64,000 nt of DNA from Sphaerodactylus townsendi. Lineage: Eukaryota. This document shows positions 1 to 13,053 of this stretch, piece by piece. A program made the position numbers and the translations under genes. The notes under the pieces are model-generated. The model ran no database searches. It was not told the origin of the DNA and saw nothing but the letters and a program-made list of their open reading frames with translations. The first letter of the stretch is position 1. Each line of letters starts with the position of its first letter. The stretch covers positions 39,308,001 through 39,372,000 of the forward strand of contig NC_059436.1 in assembly GCF_021028975.2 (NCBI RefSeq), given 5' to 3'.

Positions 1-386
1 TTAGGCATTTTGCAAAGCCTGAATCAGTTTAGATTCAGGTACATGCATTCATGCATAAGAAGCTGACACAACAACAGTCTTATAGAGTTTATTCCAACAC
101 ACACAGAAAGCAGTCTGCATTTACTCTGTTGATCAGCTATAACTTCCTCATACAGAGCAAAGATGTTATCTATGAAAACACAGGAGGAAAAATCAAAACA
201 CTGTTTTTCTACAGAATGGAATACAGGCACCTCATCTTGACTTAATATTCTACCCCAAAGCACCAATACATAATTCTGATCAAGCTCCTTAGGATTTGAA
301 AATTATGCACAGAAAAATAAGCATGTCTGTGTCCTTCAAACTGTTTTGCTTTATCTTCAGATTGCTGCTGGTATATGTATACAGAC

Positions 387-496
387 CTTTCTCTGAGCCA
401 CAGCATTTTGGACTTGGTTAAGCTCCTCTGTTGCTTTTAAAACACGTTGCTCTGCGCTGAATATCTCCCCTTGCAATTTAGCCAGTCTTTCTTGGG
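387..496 (-). CDS. CNTRL: CNTRL coding exon 9 (AQERLAKLQGEI...AQRK)
   Basis: ttttctcag acceptor, AAG|GTCTGT donor, 110 nt. Confidence 0.93.
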
Positions 497-3400
497 CTGA
501 GAAAAGGAAAACAGTGTTTTGGATGCAAAATACATGCAAGGTGCTGCAGTTAGAAACAAAGGAGATAGTAGTGGCCATAACCCACAAAAGTATACAAGAA
601 GATGCTCCAAGGCTCTTTACACTCTTTGTTGAGGGACAAGCTTGAATAACCTCCCCAGAAAAAAAGAGAAAAAAACAATCTGGGTTACCTGCTTGAATCT
701 TCTTTTGTTTTTCCTCAAATTCTTCATCAAGTTTAAGCTGCTGGACTTTTTGTTGCTCCTCCCGATCCAGCCTTCCTACTTGTATTTTCTGTGCCTTATT
801 GGGAATGTAACCTTCCACGGCAAACATGTTCCTTTTGTATCTGGCTTTCCCAATGTAAGGGCTTTCACCCGGTATATCACCGATTTCAACATCCTGAAAA
901 CGTAACGTAAAGCCAATCAGATTTAAAGCTGATTACTAAATGATTTTATGAGGTCTCAACAACATAATTCAGTACTAGGATGTTGTGGGTTTTCCAAATT
1001 GTATGGCCATATTCCAGTAGTATTTTCTCCTGACGTTTTGCCTGCATCTGTGGCTGCATCTTCAGAGGATCCAGTGGAAGTAAAGCAAGTGGAGTATGGG
1101 GGTTACTTACAGGAGAGTGTTCTTAGGATTGCATTGTCTGCATAGGATTGTATAGTAAAGGTGCTATTTTTAACTGTTTTACAGGAAGAAGACACATACA
1201 AAACTACCTTGGTCATTTTTTGTGTGCTTCTGACATACAATATAAAATGTTTGGGGGAATTCCAGCTTCTCCTTCCACCATACTACTGTAAAAATAACTT
1301 TCTAAGGAAAAAATTATAAAATTACACAAGCTTGGTAAACTGGAAGGAATTAAGAGAATCCCAAGAAACAAATTAAGAATATCATTTTCAAAAACTTACC
1401 TCCACTGGAAAATAACCTAACGGTTCAAACTTGGCATCGATCTTATAGAAAGCCAGCTCTTGCTCCAGCTCATACTGTTTATGACAGGCTCTGGTTAATT
1501 CCACTGTCTTCTGCTTTAGCTATTGCAAAATGTCAGTAACAACATGTCAATTTTACAAGCAAACTGTGGGCGCAAGTAGCATTTCCATGTGATGGGTATG
1601 TGTATGAACTACTTAAGGCCACCATATAGGAAAAACAGATTTCATCCCCAGACACGTGACAAATTCCTTAAATGCTGTTTCTGTCCCTAGTACAACCAGA
1701 AGCGTTCACATTTGCATACCAGCAGGAAATGGCACACGGGGCACCACTGAAATTGTGAGCTCCCCCAATGTGGTGGGGATGAGCAAGAAAGCAGCAACAA
1801 GCAGTGGGGGTGCCAGGTGAGCAGGAGACAAGTGGCAGGATGGGCAGGAGAATAGTGGCAAGCCACAGGGGCAGGCGGGCAAGTGGGAGAAAAGCAGCTG
1901 GGTGGGTGGGAGCGCAGTGGCAAGAAGTAGAGGGCCTGGGTGAGCGGGAGACAAATGACAGGGCAGGCGGGAGAGCAGTTGCAAGCAGCAGGGGGTGGGT
2001 GAGTGGGAGACAAACAGCAGGGCAGGCAGGAGAGCAGCAGCAAGTACCAAGGGACCTGGGCAAATGGGAGACAAACAGTGGGGTGGGTAGGAGAGCAGTG
2101 GCAAGCAGCAGGGGGTGGCTTCCTACAGTGTCTTGCAAGGTTTACTAGATCACAACTATTTTACAGTGCAGTGTTAGGCAGATGTATACCCTCCTAGGCC
2201 CAATAACCTTAATGGATTTAGATGGATGTAACTCTGTTTTAAGACTACACTGTTACTATCTAACACAAAACATATGAACATATTAGAATAATGATGATAT
2301 GTCATATGTACTATTGATGAAATACATCCACAGTGGAACACACTATTGTAATGAGTTACGTAATTCTTAAGACCTTTTGATATTAACAAATTAGGAGGGG
2401 GGGGCCTAGTCTGCCCTCTTCATTTTTCTTAGTTGAGTAAAAATTCAAATCTGCTTGATTCCAATATTTTAATTTGAACTATAAACTAAAAACTAAATCA
2501 GTGTTTTTGTCATATTTTTCAAGTCTATCTGGCACACGAAGTGTCTCAAGACCATTGCCAGATGAATACATGATATTTAACCCTAGCTGAAATTAACAAG
2601 GTTTTCCTGTCTTAACCTTAATTGAAATCGCAAATGCGAACAGTGAAGTCTCAGTTTACTGGGAATAATAGGCAAACTGTCGTAATCATGAATTGCTTGG
2701 TATAGATATACTACCCAAGCCAGTGTAGATACACGATCCAAGCAAATGCACTTTGAACCGTGGTTTCATATCATGTTGTATAACCAGTTCTTAATCATGA
2801 ACAATGTACTATGCTTAAGCATTGTATCTGCATAGGGTCTCCCTAAATCTGTAAATTTACTAAGAACTGTACTTCCAACATATGTGGAAAACTGAGTACA
2901 TTAATGAATGTAAACTGCTGGAACCTGCCACTATCTTAGTACTTTTAAACTGCTAATAAAGAATGATGTGCTCTCTCTGGTTCCAAGAGCTTTTCTTGTT
3001 GGATACCTGAAGGGCAGCATGCAGCAAGGTTCCAGTAGGTAGCAGAAGAAAGAACTGAGGCAAGAAAAGACAGACAGAGAGAAAAGGACAGAAAAAGGGA
3101 AAGATTGGAATGAGGAAAAGAATTAAATCTCCAATCAAAGTATATGACACCATGCAGAAATTCTAATTTCGAAATATATGTACATAACAGGAAAGTTGCA
3201 AGCAAACAAGTTGCAGAACAAGTTCAGTTTTAACTTCACTGGGAGAGTCTGAGACAAGACCATGCAATCCAATATTAGGACTAACAAAAAAACAAAATAT
3301 ATGTAGTCAAGCTGTACACACAAGGACTACCTTTAATGTGGAATAAAGGTTCGGCATAAGGAAACTGGGGCAAACCAAGATATTGGCTGAAGGAAAGAAA

Positions 3401-6400
3401 GGCAAGCAAAATCTGTCATCCATACAGAGAGGAGTAGACAGTGCTGAAAAATACAGGATGCCAGATATTCTGAAAATTAAGCTGCTTTGAGAGACATGCT
3501 GTTCATTCAATCATGGCTGTAGCAACAATGGGCACAACCCCCTGAGAAGTCTTCCTGCACAAGCCCCACTGAAATAACAATGCTCTCTTTTGCTGCAATG
3601 GATATTGTGCAAGAGAACTTCTCATAAAGATTGCACCTCATAATTTCTAGTCCTCCAGAGCAACCCTAATTGCTAACCCTTCTTTTAAAGTAGTTTTCTT
3701 TAATCTGAAATGCACAGAATCTTATTTAAGAGTCAAAAGCTCAGTCTTACGCCATGTTGTAAAGCCAGAGCAATTAAGAATTCTAAGCAAATCTTAGGCC
3801 CCTTCCGCACACGCAAAATAATGCATTTTCAAACCACTTTCACAACTGTTTGCAAGTGGATTTTGCCATTCCGCACAGCTTCAAAGAGCACTGAAAGCAG
3901 TTTGAAAGTGCATTATTCTGCATGTGCGGAATGAGCCTTAGCAAAGTAGGCTATAAATGTGCATTTTATAATCATAAATGAAAACGATAGAGCTATCTTT
4001 AATTGGCAATTTGAACATCTGAAGTACACCCCAGATATTTATTTAAAATGTAATAAGCCAAGAGTTCCCCCAGAAAACAAAACAGACATCTTAATTTATG
4101 ATCAATAAGCAACATTTTAATTCAACCTTCTAAAGGCTACAATGTTAATCAGAATAGGAATAGAAAACACGTATATTTCCAAAGTATGTTTCCAAAGTCT
4201 GAGAGAGAAGGACATCATACAGAACTATATCCAAATAAATGACATATAAAGTCAACTGCTGATATTTCAGCAATCAGTCAAATTGACTTGAGTTGGATTA
4301 CAACAGTTTATCAGCTAACCGAATAATCCCCCAAACAAACACCAGCCTCTGCCACAAAATGCAACATTGTTCCATTGAGATGGATTGATTTTATACCACA
4401 GACACTTTGAAATCTCTTATTATTTAATACTCAAAATTGATTTACCAGTTCATTTTTTGTCTCCACCTCACTTTCCAAATCTTTACAGCTCTGTTTTTGT
4501 TGCATGTTTTTTTGTTTTAACAATTTGTTCAGGTCATCTTGCTGCTGAAGCTGTTCAAGCAGGCTGGTCTGTTTGTTTTTAAGGTCTTCCATCTCTTTCA
4601 TGTTTTTTTCCAAGTCCTTTTCTAGATTTTCTATCTCTTCTGCAAAATAAAGAAAACCAGCAAATCATACAAACTTCCACTGGTAAGTTCCTTTAGTAGC
4701 AGTAGAGAATTAAGTAAATACATTATTTGGGAGTTTTTATTAATTTTAAGTTACTGTCTTCCACTCATAATATCCATTGTTAATGGGAGCAACTGGACAG
4801 ATACCAATATGAAGTGTCTCAGGCCCCCTGTACAGAAATTTGCCTTGTAGAAAATAATTCCACTACTGTTACCGCTGACTAATCACTGAAATACTCAACA
4901 ATAAGGGTCAGGAATTCAACACAATACTTAATTTGTATTTTAAATTAAATAAATAACTGTTCCAAGCTTCTGTCTAATCACTGCCGTATTATGCACGAAA
5001 TGCTGATTTTGGGGCTCATAACTGTGCAATGGGGCTGTAATGTGGTCTCCTTGTGTTTCTCTGTTTACACACAAGCTGGCATTCACTGTCTGCTCTGCAG
5101 CTTGTTGCTGAAGTCTCAACAGGTCTCTGCTTTTCCTGGTTCTCTTAACTCTAACAATTCCATCTTAAAGGCACAGATCTCATCACATTTGGTAGTTGCA
5201 AGATTGCTGGCTTTGTTAAAGCCTTTAAATGCCCAGTGACTGCATTTATACTGATACTGTAGCCACTTCCCAAAAATAACCTCCCAAAAAGAAAGAAACA
5301 AAGCAATTCCCTGGACTACACTCTGCTAAAGGAGACCATGTCCTAGAACTGATATTCTCTCCCCACCCCCCTCCACACACACACAGTTCCTGCTGCTGTT
5401 GCTGCCATGGGAGGAAAGAGAGGCTTTTTATTAAATAGTTATCCCACCAATATAGAGTTATCCCAAATATAGAGATGGCATATACTAAATAGAAAATATG
5501 CTTTTATAGAAATGGTATTCTAGAAGTGAAATATTTCTTTACAATTACTTTTGATCAAACCCTACCCATTCAGTATTTAGAATTGGTTCACACAACAGGC
5601 AGCAGCAACTCTGAGTTCACCACCAAGTGGGCAATGCATTCAAGGGTTCTACATTCAATCAGGACTCTCCAACATGTGCCCTCATTTGATGGAATATGAA
5701 CAGGTGTATATATATATATATATATATATATTTACAGGATTAAGAGGGTTAAACAGAAGAATGAAGAACCATGTACACTGCAGAAGCTCCCTTGACAAAG
5801 AGCTAAATAAAAATGTGATATGTGGACAAATGTCTCTTTACCTGTTTAGGTGTACACTTAAAATTTCCTTTGTCCCTTAAAAGGTGACGTATGCAGTGTA
5901 TCTTGTTTCTCTACTAAACCCATTTGCTGAGCATTTACTCAGTCTGACAAATATAGCACAACTTATTTTAACTATTGAAACGTATGGCTATCGTATTTAC
6001 CTATATTAAATCTTAAAACAGCCTCGTCCCTGTCACAATTTGTCACTGGCTGTCCATCAAATACTTCCAATGACCTCAAATGGAAAATGGAGTAAAGACG
6101 GTAATGAGGTAGGTTTACAATAGGATTGTCAGCCAGGAACAGAGAAGTCAAGTCTTTCAGGGATTTCAATTTAGCTACCTCATGGAGCTGCAAGAAAAAA
6201 AATTAAACATTCCTTCAGACTCAAATCATGCTCAATTTTCTGCTAATAAACTCACACTGTATTAGATCACACCCTGTACGTTAAAACTGAATATGTGGGT
6301 GTCACCATCAAGATATTATGACACGGTCATAACACAAGGCATTAAGTAAAACCTTAAAGACTATCAAATAATTCCTAACTGAAAAGAAAGTCTCAAGAAT

Positions 6401-9400
6401 ACAACCCAAAGGCAAAAATTACAGAACCATATTGTGATTTTCCTGTTGAAATTTGCATTTTCACCAAGAGTGCTGCAAACTTCAGCGGAGTGCCATATGC
6501 TTCCTGAGCAAAATAAATAGGGGGAACTCTTAGACAAGCCAACTCTTACAGCTGAACATTACAAGGGGGGAGGATGATGTTCTCGCTGAAGAATCCCCAG
6601 TAAATTTTCCTCAAAACCTGGAGCACTGGCTCCCTGGAGCAATTTGAGATCTACTGCCATAGCTTTTGCCCACATAGTTCTAATGCACTGATTAGAAATA
6701 TGGAGGGAACACATTTTTTTTGCTTTAGAAAAGATTTGTACTTATAAAAAGTGCTTAAACAAGGAAAAAAAGAAATAATCAAAATCCCAAAAAACAAATA
6801 TAAGTAAGAATTGCTACATGCTGAAATCACTTACTGAGGATACTCTATTCTGTTTCAAATTCAAGGTGCGCAAGGACCGGAGTTTCTTCCCTATCCATGC
6901 TGGGATGTGCTCAATTTCATTCCCAGCTAGGTTCAATCTCTGCAAGCTGTGCATGTGTTCGATACCTTCTATTTTACTGAAGAAAGGTGAAACATTTTTA
7001 AAAGTCATTTAAAAATTAACAAATGTTTAGCACCAAGTGAATAAGATTCAGGCTTGTATATTACCTCCTTCCCTAAAGTGCTGTGAATGAATTAGTTACT
7101 GACATTTTATTGCAAGTCATAATTTTTCATTACTCCCAAATATGCATACAATGGCAAGGTTGCCCTCTAAACTGGGATTGTAAAACAGCTCTGTTATTTG
7201 TTATCCTGATCTAGAGGACAACATAAACCATAGCTTTCCTATTCAGACATAACAACAAACTAAAACTTGTAGTGAAACAGACGTAATCTTTTCTGAACAA
7301 ACAAAATAAAGGAAGAAGAAAGACTGAATGAGCACAAAACTTATTCATATAGCACCAGACCAAGGGTTGGTGTTACACCTGAAATGCCTCTATATATTAG
7401 TTTTAGGCACAGAAGAGCCCTCTGGAGAGCAGCAGAAGCAACTAAGAGAAATTTATTTTTCTAGTCTCAACAAACTTTTTAAATTAAAAAAACCTAAAAA
7501 TGTTAAATTTTAGAGCAAGTATTAGAAAGAATCAGAAATTTTGATTTAACATGACTGCTAACTGACATGTTAATTAATAATCCACATGAGAACACATTGT
7601 GATGCAGGATAATAACACAGTGCAGAAATCAGATGCTCAAGAACAGCATAAAGGGCCCATAGACTGTTAAGGACTATACTAAATCCACTGACTTCAAATT
7701 GTGCTGCTTTCCCCCTACACTGTTCCTGATTGCTTTCTACTCTTAGAATAGTATTGCACTGAAACTGAGATCTGCAGTAAGAGGGGGAAATCAGCAAACA
7801 ACACTGCCCTCTTTTCCAAAGACTAAAAAACATTGGGAATGATATATCTGGATACCAAGCCATTGTGGTCAATCATTCTTACTCTCAGATCAGTCAGTAT
7901 ACTTATAGTTGTAGCCTAAAGTTCCCTTGTGTGGCAAGAACAACAAACACTATAGGAAAAGCTACAGAATCCTGAGTGTAACATAAAGTAACTTCCAGTT
8001 CTCTCAATGAAAGAACAGCCTATGTCAACTATTACTGATCACAATGTAGCAATATTTTCCACCAGCGATAGATCACTGAAAATATTACACTCCGACATGG
8101 AAATATTTTGCTCTGTAATTGTTTGCTCCTCTCTCCCTTTACCTTATTTTGTTGTAGGACAGATTGAGGTCCCGTAGCTTTAAAAGTTTATCCAGTTTTT
8201 CAACTTTTTCAATCAGATTGTTACTGAGATTAAGGACTTCAAGTTTCTCACACTTCTCCACATTTTCTATGTACTGAAAATATAACAAGACATTAAAATA
8301 GTAAATTAGCCTCTGGGAGTGTGTGTAGAGTGCTGTAAAGTCACAGTTTACTTACAGTGACTCCAGTAAAGGGCTTCTAAGGCAAGTGAGAAGCAGAGGT
8401 GGTTTGCCATTGCCTTCCTCTGCAGAGTCTTCCTTGGAGGTCTCCCTTCTAAGTACTGACCCTACTTAGCATCCAAGATCTGACAAGGCTGGGCTACACC
8501 ATGCCGCCTTCCCTCCCAAATTAGCCTCTACAGAACAATAAAATTAGTCTTCTGTTTATTAAGAACCATGCTGACAGAAACAACAATATACCACAGCGTC
8601 TAATAGGATCAACAGTGGATTGTAATGATGCCAATTTATTTTAAAACGTAAAAGAACATGATTTTTAAAACCATGTTTCACTGAGGCATTCAAAACAGCA
8701 GTTAGTGTGTATTAAATGCAGAGTTAGAAGGCAAATCAGAGCTGTACATCAGTTGGGGACTGTATTTTAACCAAGGTACAATGACCAATCTTCTATTAAT
8801 TTTAAGCAAACCTCCTATTTTGTTTCCTGTGTTAATTTTATTCTTCCAAAACATTTACCGTAGATAATAATCCAAAACAGTGTCTGAAACTCCAGGTTCT
8901 GAACTTGAAGCCTTATTGTAGAACTCAATCAAGTAAGGTACCTCCACTGTTCCTATACCCATCCTCTTCAGCTGCAGAAGGGGATGTGCAGCTGCATCCC
9001 CTAAGATTGGGTTACTGTATGAAGTCTCTAGATTGGCCAGGTACAAGTACAAGGAAGATGGCTTTCTGCTCTGGCTTGATTGACAGAGTGGAATTTTTGC
9101 CATACACAGTCTTGGACTGCAGGAACCACAAATTAGGAGCTATTCCTTTTAGGGCTGGAAACTGATACCAATGGCAGCCTAGTCCTAACCAACACCTCCA
9201 GTAACAGCTCATAAGAACAATGAATAGCAACATTTCAAAGTAGTGTACAAAGCAGTTCTATATATTTTTTAAAAGTGACAAGTATTAAGGGTTGAAGGAT
9301 TTTTGGTTGCTCATTTTTTGTCAAACACCTTATAACTTATTTTTAGAAGTTAGCATGCATTATTAGATATACATGGACCAACACATTTTTTGTTGCATGA

Positions 9401-11126
9401 CAACAATGTACCTTAAACTTCTTTCCCCCATCTTTTGAAAGGGAAAGATTCAGAGAAGTTACACGTGCCAAATTTTCCTGTTTGGACAGTTTCTTGATAA
9501 GAGGCTCTGTTATGTATCTAATACCTGGACTGATTCCATTGTCACCTGAAATCAACAATAAAGCATGTTATTTACAAAGTTACAGTGGAGAAACATAGCA
9601 AGAAAATTTGATGTTCATAAATGACAATGTTATTTTTTAAATGTAATGACAAAACTGGCATGCTGAAGAACTCCATTATAGGAATATTTAGGTTCAGTAC
9701 AAGAAGAAGAGAAGTTGGATTTATACCCCACCTTTCTCTCCTGTAAGGAGATTCAAGGTAGCTTACAAACTCCTTTCCCTTCCTCTCCCCACAACAGACA
9801 CCTGGTAAGTTGGGTGGGGCTGAGAGACTACCAAAGAACTGTGTCTTGCCCAAAGTCACCCAGCAGGAATGTAGGAGTGGGGAAATAAATCTGGTTCACC
9901 AGATAAGAGTCTGTTGCTCAGGTGGAGCAAAGTATCCTCAATTGGCAGTATAGGGAGATGCGGTCTCAAAGATATAAAGGTCCCAGACCGTTCAAGGCCT
10001 TCAAAGTTAACACTAAAACCTTGAACCTGATCTAGAATTCAACTGGTAACCAGTGCAGGTGACAGAGCACAAGTGTAATGTGTGCTATCACCGGAGTCTT
10101 GGTGAAACCTCTCACTGCCATGTCCTGGACCAGTTGTAGCTTTCAGAGCAGTTTCAAGAATAGACCAGGAAAGAGCGAGTAATCCAGTTTAGAGGTGACC
10201 ATTGCATGGATCACTGAAGCAAGATCCAAGTGGGACTGTCTAGCCTGGAGGAAAAGCCACTCTGGAGGAAAGGCCACTCTGGCTGTGTATGCAACCTGGG
10301 CCTCAACAAACAGAGAGGACTCCAAAGTCATGCTCAAGCTTTTCATGAAGGAGGCAGATGTTAAAACCACTCCATCTATTTTTGGCAGTTGAAATTCCTA
10401 GCTACACGTCCTCTGGCTTCAATGGATTAAGTTTCAGCCTATTCTTTCGTAACCTTCCCACCACAGCCTCCAGACACTGTGCCAAAACATCAAGGGTGGC
10501 AGCCAGCTGGACTTCCATCAACAGAAAAAGGTGGGTGTCATAATGGGAGATGTATTATATACATAAAAACACAAGAAAGAGGATCTAAATTTGACTAGAA
10601 TTAGCATTGTCTAAATCATGCAGGCATGATATTTCACATGATTATTTTAAAGATTATTATTGAAAAGATATTAAAGCTTACTGAAAAGATTAAAAATACA
10701 GATTATATCTCAATGTGAGTATGGACAGCCATTAAGTTTAGTGAAGTCTCCTGGGATATGCAGATCAAATTCTGCTCACTATTACTCAGAAACAGGCTGA
10801 GGGATGGGCTGCCCATTCTACAAAACAAAAATGTCAAGAACTTCTAAAAATAAGCAACGTGCAGCTATTTCAAAATCTTGATGTGATCAAATGTAATTAA
10901 TTGCAATACCTTGTCCATCCTGATATTCCAAGGGAATTGCTAAATCATTTTCTTCATCTACATCTCCTGGATACCTTTGTTCTGTAACTAGATAAGTAGC
11001 AAGAGATCCTTCTCTGGTAGCTGGAGAGGGTGACCTGCTGCTCAGACTCATTGGACTCTGAGTGCGAGATGGAGACATTGTCTGCTTGTTTCGAAATGAT
11101 GCTCTTGATGGTCGGCCTTTCCTCAT
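387..11126 (-). CDS. CNTRL: Centriolin (CEP110), 5' part: 9 coding exons (LRR domain then coiled coil); gene continues beyond the left edge
   Basis: Spliced join 11126-10910, 9545-9412, 8273-8143, 6976-6835, 6187-6001, 4639-4446, 1519-1400, 893-689, 496-387 is open with GT-AG boundaries and matching phases. Peptides RYITEPLIKKL, LNLSLSKDGGKKFK, LNLAGNEIEHIP, YELEQELAFYKIDAKFEPL match recalled human centriolin; head-to-head with C5 as in mammals. Confidence 0.97.
689..893 (-). CDS. CNTRL: CNTRL coding exon 8 (DVEIGDIPGESPYIGKARYKRNMFA...)
   Basis: ttttcag acceptor, G|GTAACC donor, 205 nt. Confidence 0.93.
977..1071 (-). mobile_element. Penelope-like pLTR fragment with a mutated hammerhead core
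   Basis: Same family as 60703-60830; minus strand TCCT-CTGAAGA-...-AAAA-CG-TC-AGGA. Confidence 0.7.
1400..1519 (-). CDS. CNTRL: CNTRL coding exon 7 (LKQKTVELTRACHKQYELEQELAFYKIDAKFEPLGYFPVE)
   Basis: caatag acceptor, GAG|GTAAGT donor, 120 nt; translated by hand. Confidence 0.95.
1786..2118. repeat. Degenerate ~60-bp G-rich tandem repeat, about 5.5 copies
   Basis: GGGAGACAAA and GAGAGCAGTGGCAAG recur at ~60-nt spacing. Confidence 0.75.
3797..3937. mobile_element. PIF/Harbinger-type MITE
   Basis: TIRs GGCCCCTTCCGCACA / TGTGCGGAATGAGCC, TTA on both flanks; sister copies at 37529, 55879, 63842. Confidence 0.8.
4446..4639 (-). CDS. CNTRL: CNTRL coding exon 6 (coiled coil EEIENLEKDLEK...TKNEL)
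   Basis: ttttgcag acceptor, CTG|GTAAAT donor, 194 nt. Confidence 0.95.
5707..5731. repeat. (TA)n microsatellite
   Basis: Direct reading. Confidence 0.95.
6001..6187 (-). CDS. CNTRL: CNTRL coding exon 5 (LRR cap: LHEVAKLKSL...RFNI)
   Basis: ttgcag acceptor, G|GTAAAT donor, 187 nt. Confidence 0.95.
6835..6976 (-). CDS. CNTRL: CNTRL coding exon 4 (LRR: KIEGIEHMHSLQRLNLAGNEIE...)
   Basis: ttcttcag acceptor, TCA|GTAAGT donor, 142 nt. Confidence 0.95.
8143..8273 (-). CDS. CNTRL: CNTRL coding exon 3 (LRR: YIENVEKCEKLEVLNLSNNLIEK...)
   Basis: ttttcag acceptor, AG|GTAAAG donor, 131 nt; translated by hand, absent from the ORF track. Confidence 0.95.
8315..8517 (-). mobile_element. 5S rRNA-derived SINE with RTE-type tail (5S-Sauria-like)
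   Basis: Reverse complement resembles 5S rRNA (GATCTTGGATGCTAAGTAGGGTCAGTACTTAGAAGGGAGACC); 12-bp TSD AAATTAGCCTCT at 8303-8314 and 8518-8529. Confidence 0.8.
9412..9545 (-). CDS. CNTRL: CNTRL coding exon 2 (GDNGISPGIRYITE...GGKKFK)
   Basis: tttcag acceptor, AAG|GTACAT donor, 134 nt. Confidence 0.95.
9701..9928 (-). mobile_element. tRNA-derived SINE with L2-type tail (Squam3-like), 5'-truncated
   Basis: Homologous to 26941-27306 and 62121-62412. Confidence 0.75.
9930..10545 (-). mobile_element. L2-clade LINE ORF2 fragment
   Basis: Minus strand encodes DLASVIHAMVTSKLDY, KLQLVQ, HITLVL..LHWLPVEF, typical L2 C-terminal motifs. Confidence 0.8.
10910..11126 (-). CDS. CNTRL: CNTRL coding exon 1 (MRKGRPSRAS...EYQDGQ)
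   Basis: ATG at 11126; acceptor ttgcag puts the exon start at 11159; donor G|GTATTG; 217 coding nt, ends phase 1. Confidence 0.9.
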
Positions 11127-12847
11127 TGCTCAGAATGCTTCATATTACTAGATGAAAAACTGCAAGCATGGAGACACAAGATTTTCAAAAGTATCAATAT
11201 TAGTAGATGTTCAAATGTAAAAATAATAAATTCATTTATTGATTTTAACAAGTTTGTTTAAACAAGCACTCCAACAGAGCATTAGGTCTTTCGCTTCAAA
11301 GCTTTAAAAAACGAACGAGGAAACTTCATGCAATCTGTCCAGACTGTGCAAAGAACTCAGGCTTCACACGCCTTCCATCTTTGCTTATTCACTGCAGGTC
11401 TCCTTAGTTTGCTTTCAGGAAGCTGTGGTTTCCCCAAATGTAGAAATACTTGAGTTAACAGTAGCACTTCATTTCCAAAGACAAACTGAGCGGATCAGTA
11501 AGCAAGTTGCTTTGGAGGATTTTGATGGCTCTAGCCATTACGAAAAGCAAATCAAATTGTCCACAGTTCCAATTAACTGGGTTGTTACAAACACAAAAGT
11601 GGCTACTGTCAAGGCTAGTTTCCCTGCTTCTTATTTCAGTAAAATGGAAGCTATCTCTCTTTTTTTGCTTCAGTAAAATGGGAGTTAGCAAAAAATAAAG
11701 ATAGCACAAAAGCCAAATACCAAACCACATTATATAGGGAATTTGCAGACTAAAAGATGCTTACTCAAAACATCTGGGATCAGATAGTTCTGGGGTTGTT
11801 ACGTGCAGCATGTATATATTAAATGCAAAATGCAAAGAACTTCCTTCCTGAAAATAACCAAAAGAAGTTTCAAGCTTCTTGCTGAAACATGTGCGTGCGC
11901 GTGCAGAGCTCATGATCAGCCATCTCAGATGGCAAGTTACAAAAAGAAGAAGCCTGTTTTGGTTCACTTTATATGGCCTGTGCCTTGATGGTTCACATGG
12001 TCTTTGCTGCAGGCTCCGCTCTTGACGCACACAAAGCAACTAGTCATGCTGCTAAGACTCAAGTCAAAAGAAAGTAGTGACTTTTTCCTGAGAGATCCTT
12101 GAAAACTGTCTTCCCTTGTTGAATAGTGATACGAAATTGTAAAGCAAAAGTATCATTATATAATACATCCCACTAATTCATTATGATACCCTGACAATTC
12201 TGCGGAACTCTGCAGTAGCTTCCTTAATCCCTTTAACTGATCCATTTAAAGCTGTCATCTTAATTTCTTTTATTCTAGGTACCGGGGATTAACTTTAGCA
12301 GTTTGTAATTTGAAAACAAATCGTATTTAAAGCTGCTAATGTGTTTACTGTCAGAACCATCAAAGCACAGCTCTATTATGACATATAAACTGGTAACAAA
12401 ATAAGGAGCGGGGCATTCTTCGCAGGGGTTGATGGCTGGCATTTCCCTAAAAATACAAAAGCAATTAAATAATCCTGCACAATACTGATATTTAAAAAAA
12501 TCAATATCACATTTAAAGGGTTTGAAAAAAAAACAAAAAAGGTAACCTGTGATTTGGGTTTTTGACAGGGAGCAACCAGAAGGAGCAGAAATTCCGAATC
12601 GAGAGGGAAACATAGGGGTTTCGCTGCTCTCACTAACTGTGGGGCTTCTGGGACCTTCGGCACAGAAACTTGGATGGTGTCAGTACAGAAATCTCTGCCT
12701 CACAGGAACTGTACTCTTGCTGCAGTATCATCGGCCTATGACATTTTGGGCAGTGTTATTTCTTTGGTCATGATAGCTATTGTAGTGTTTTTATTAAAGT
12801 GTTTTCTAGTTTTGCGATGCAGCTTTATTGCATTACTTGCCGAAAGA

Positions 12848-13053
12848 GGAGCTATGGCTCGTGGCAGAGCCTTTGCTTGGCATGTAGAAGGTTCCTGGTT
12901 CAATCCCCCGCATCTCCAGTTAGAAGGACAAAATAGCAGTTGATTGTAAAAGACCTCTGCTTGAGATCCTGGATGCGTGCTACCAGTCTGAGTAGGCAAT
13001 TCTGATACTGATGGACCAATGATCTGATTCAGTATCGAGTGTTCATGTATATG
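12848..13053 (+). mobile_element. tRNA-derived SINE, second family (CR1-type tail)
   Basis: A box TGGCTCGTGG, B box GGTTCAATCCC; sister copies at 21863 (+) and 16630 (-). Confidence 0.7.

Noticed and set aside
1668-2197. Cluster of overlapping 64-156 aa ORFs on both strands
   Set aside because: Produced by a stop-poor G-rich minisatellite; no recognisable protein or splice context.
8420-8500. 5S rRNA genes (also ~31210 and ~55245)
   Set aside because: Partial, diverged and fused to retroposon tails; the 8315 copy has a TSD, so these are SINEs.
12275-12790. Possible extra CNTRL 5' exons (acceptor-like tttgtatttttag near 12448 on -, donor-like CAG|GTTACC near 12546)
   Set aside because: Partner splice sites are weak and no homology is recognisable; needs transcript data.
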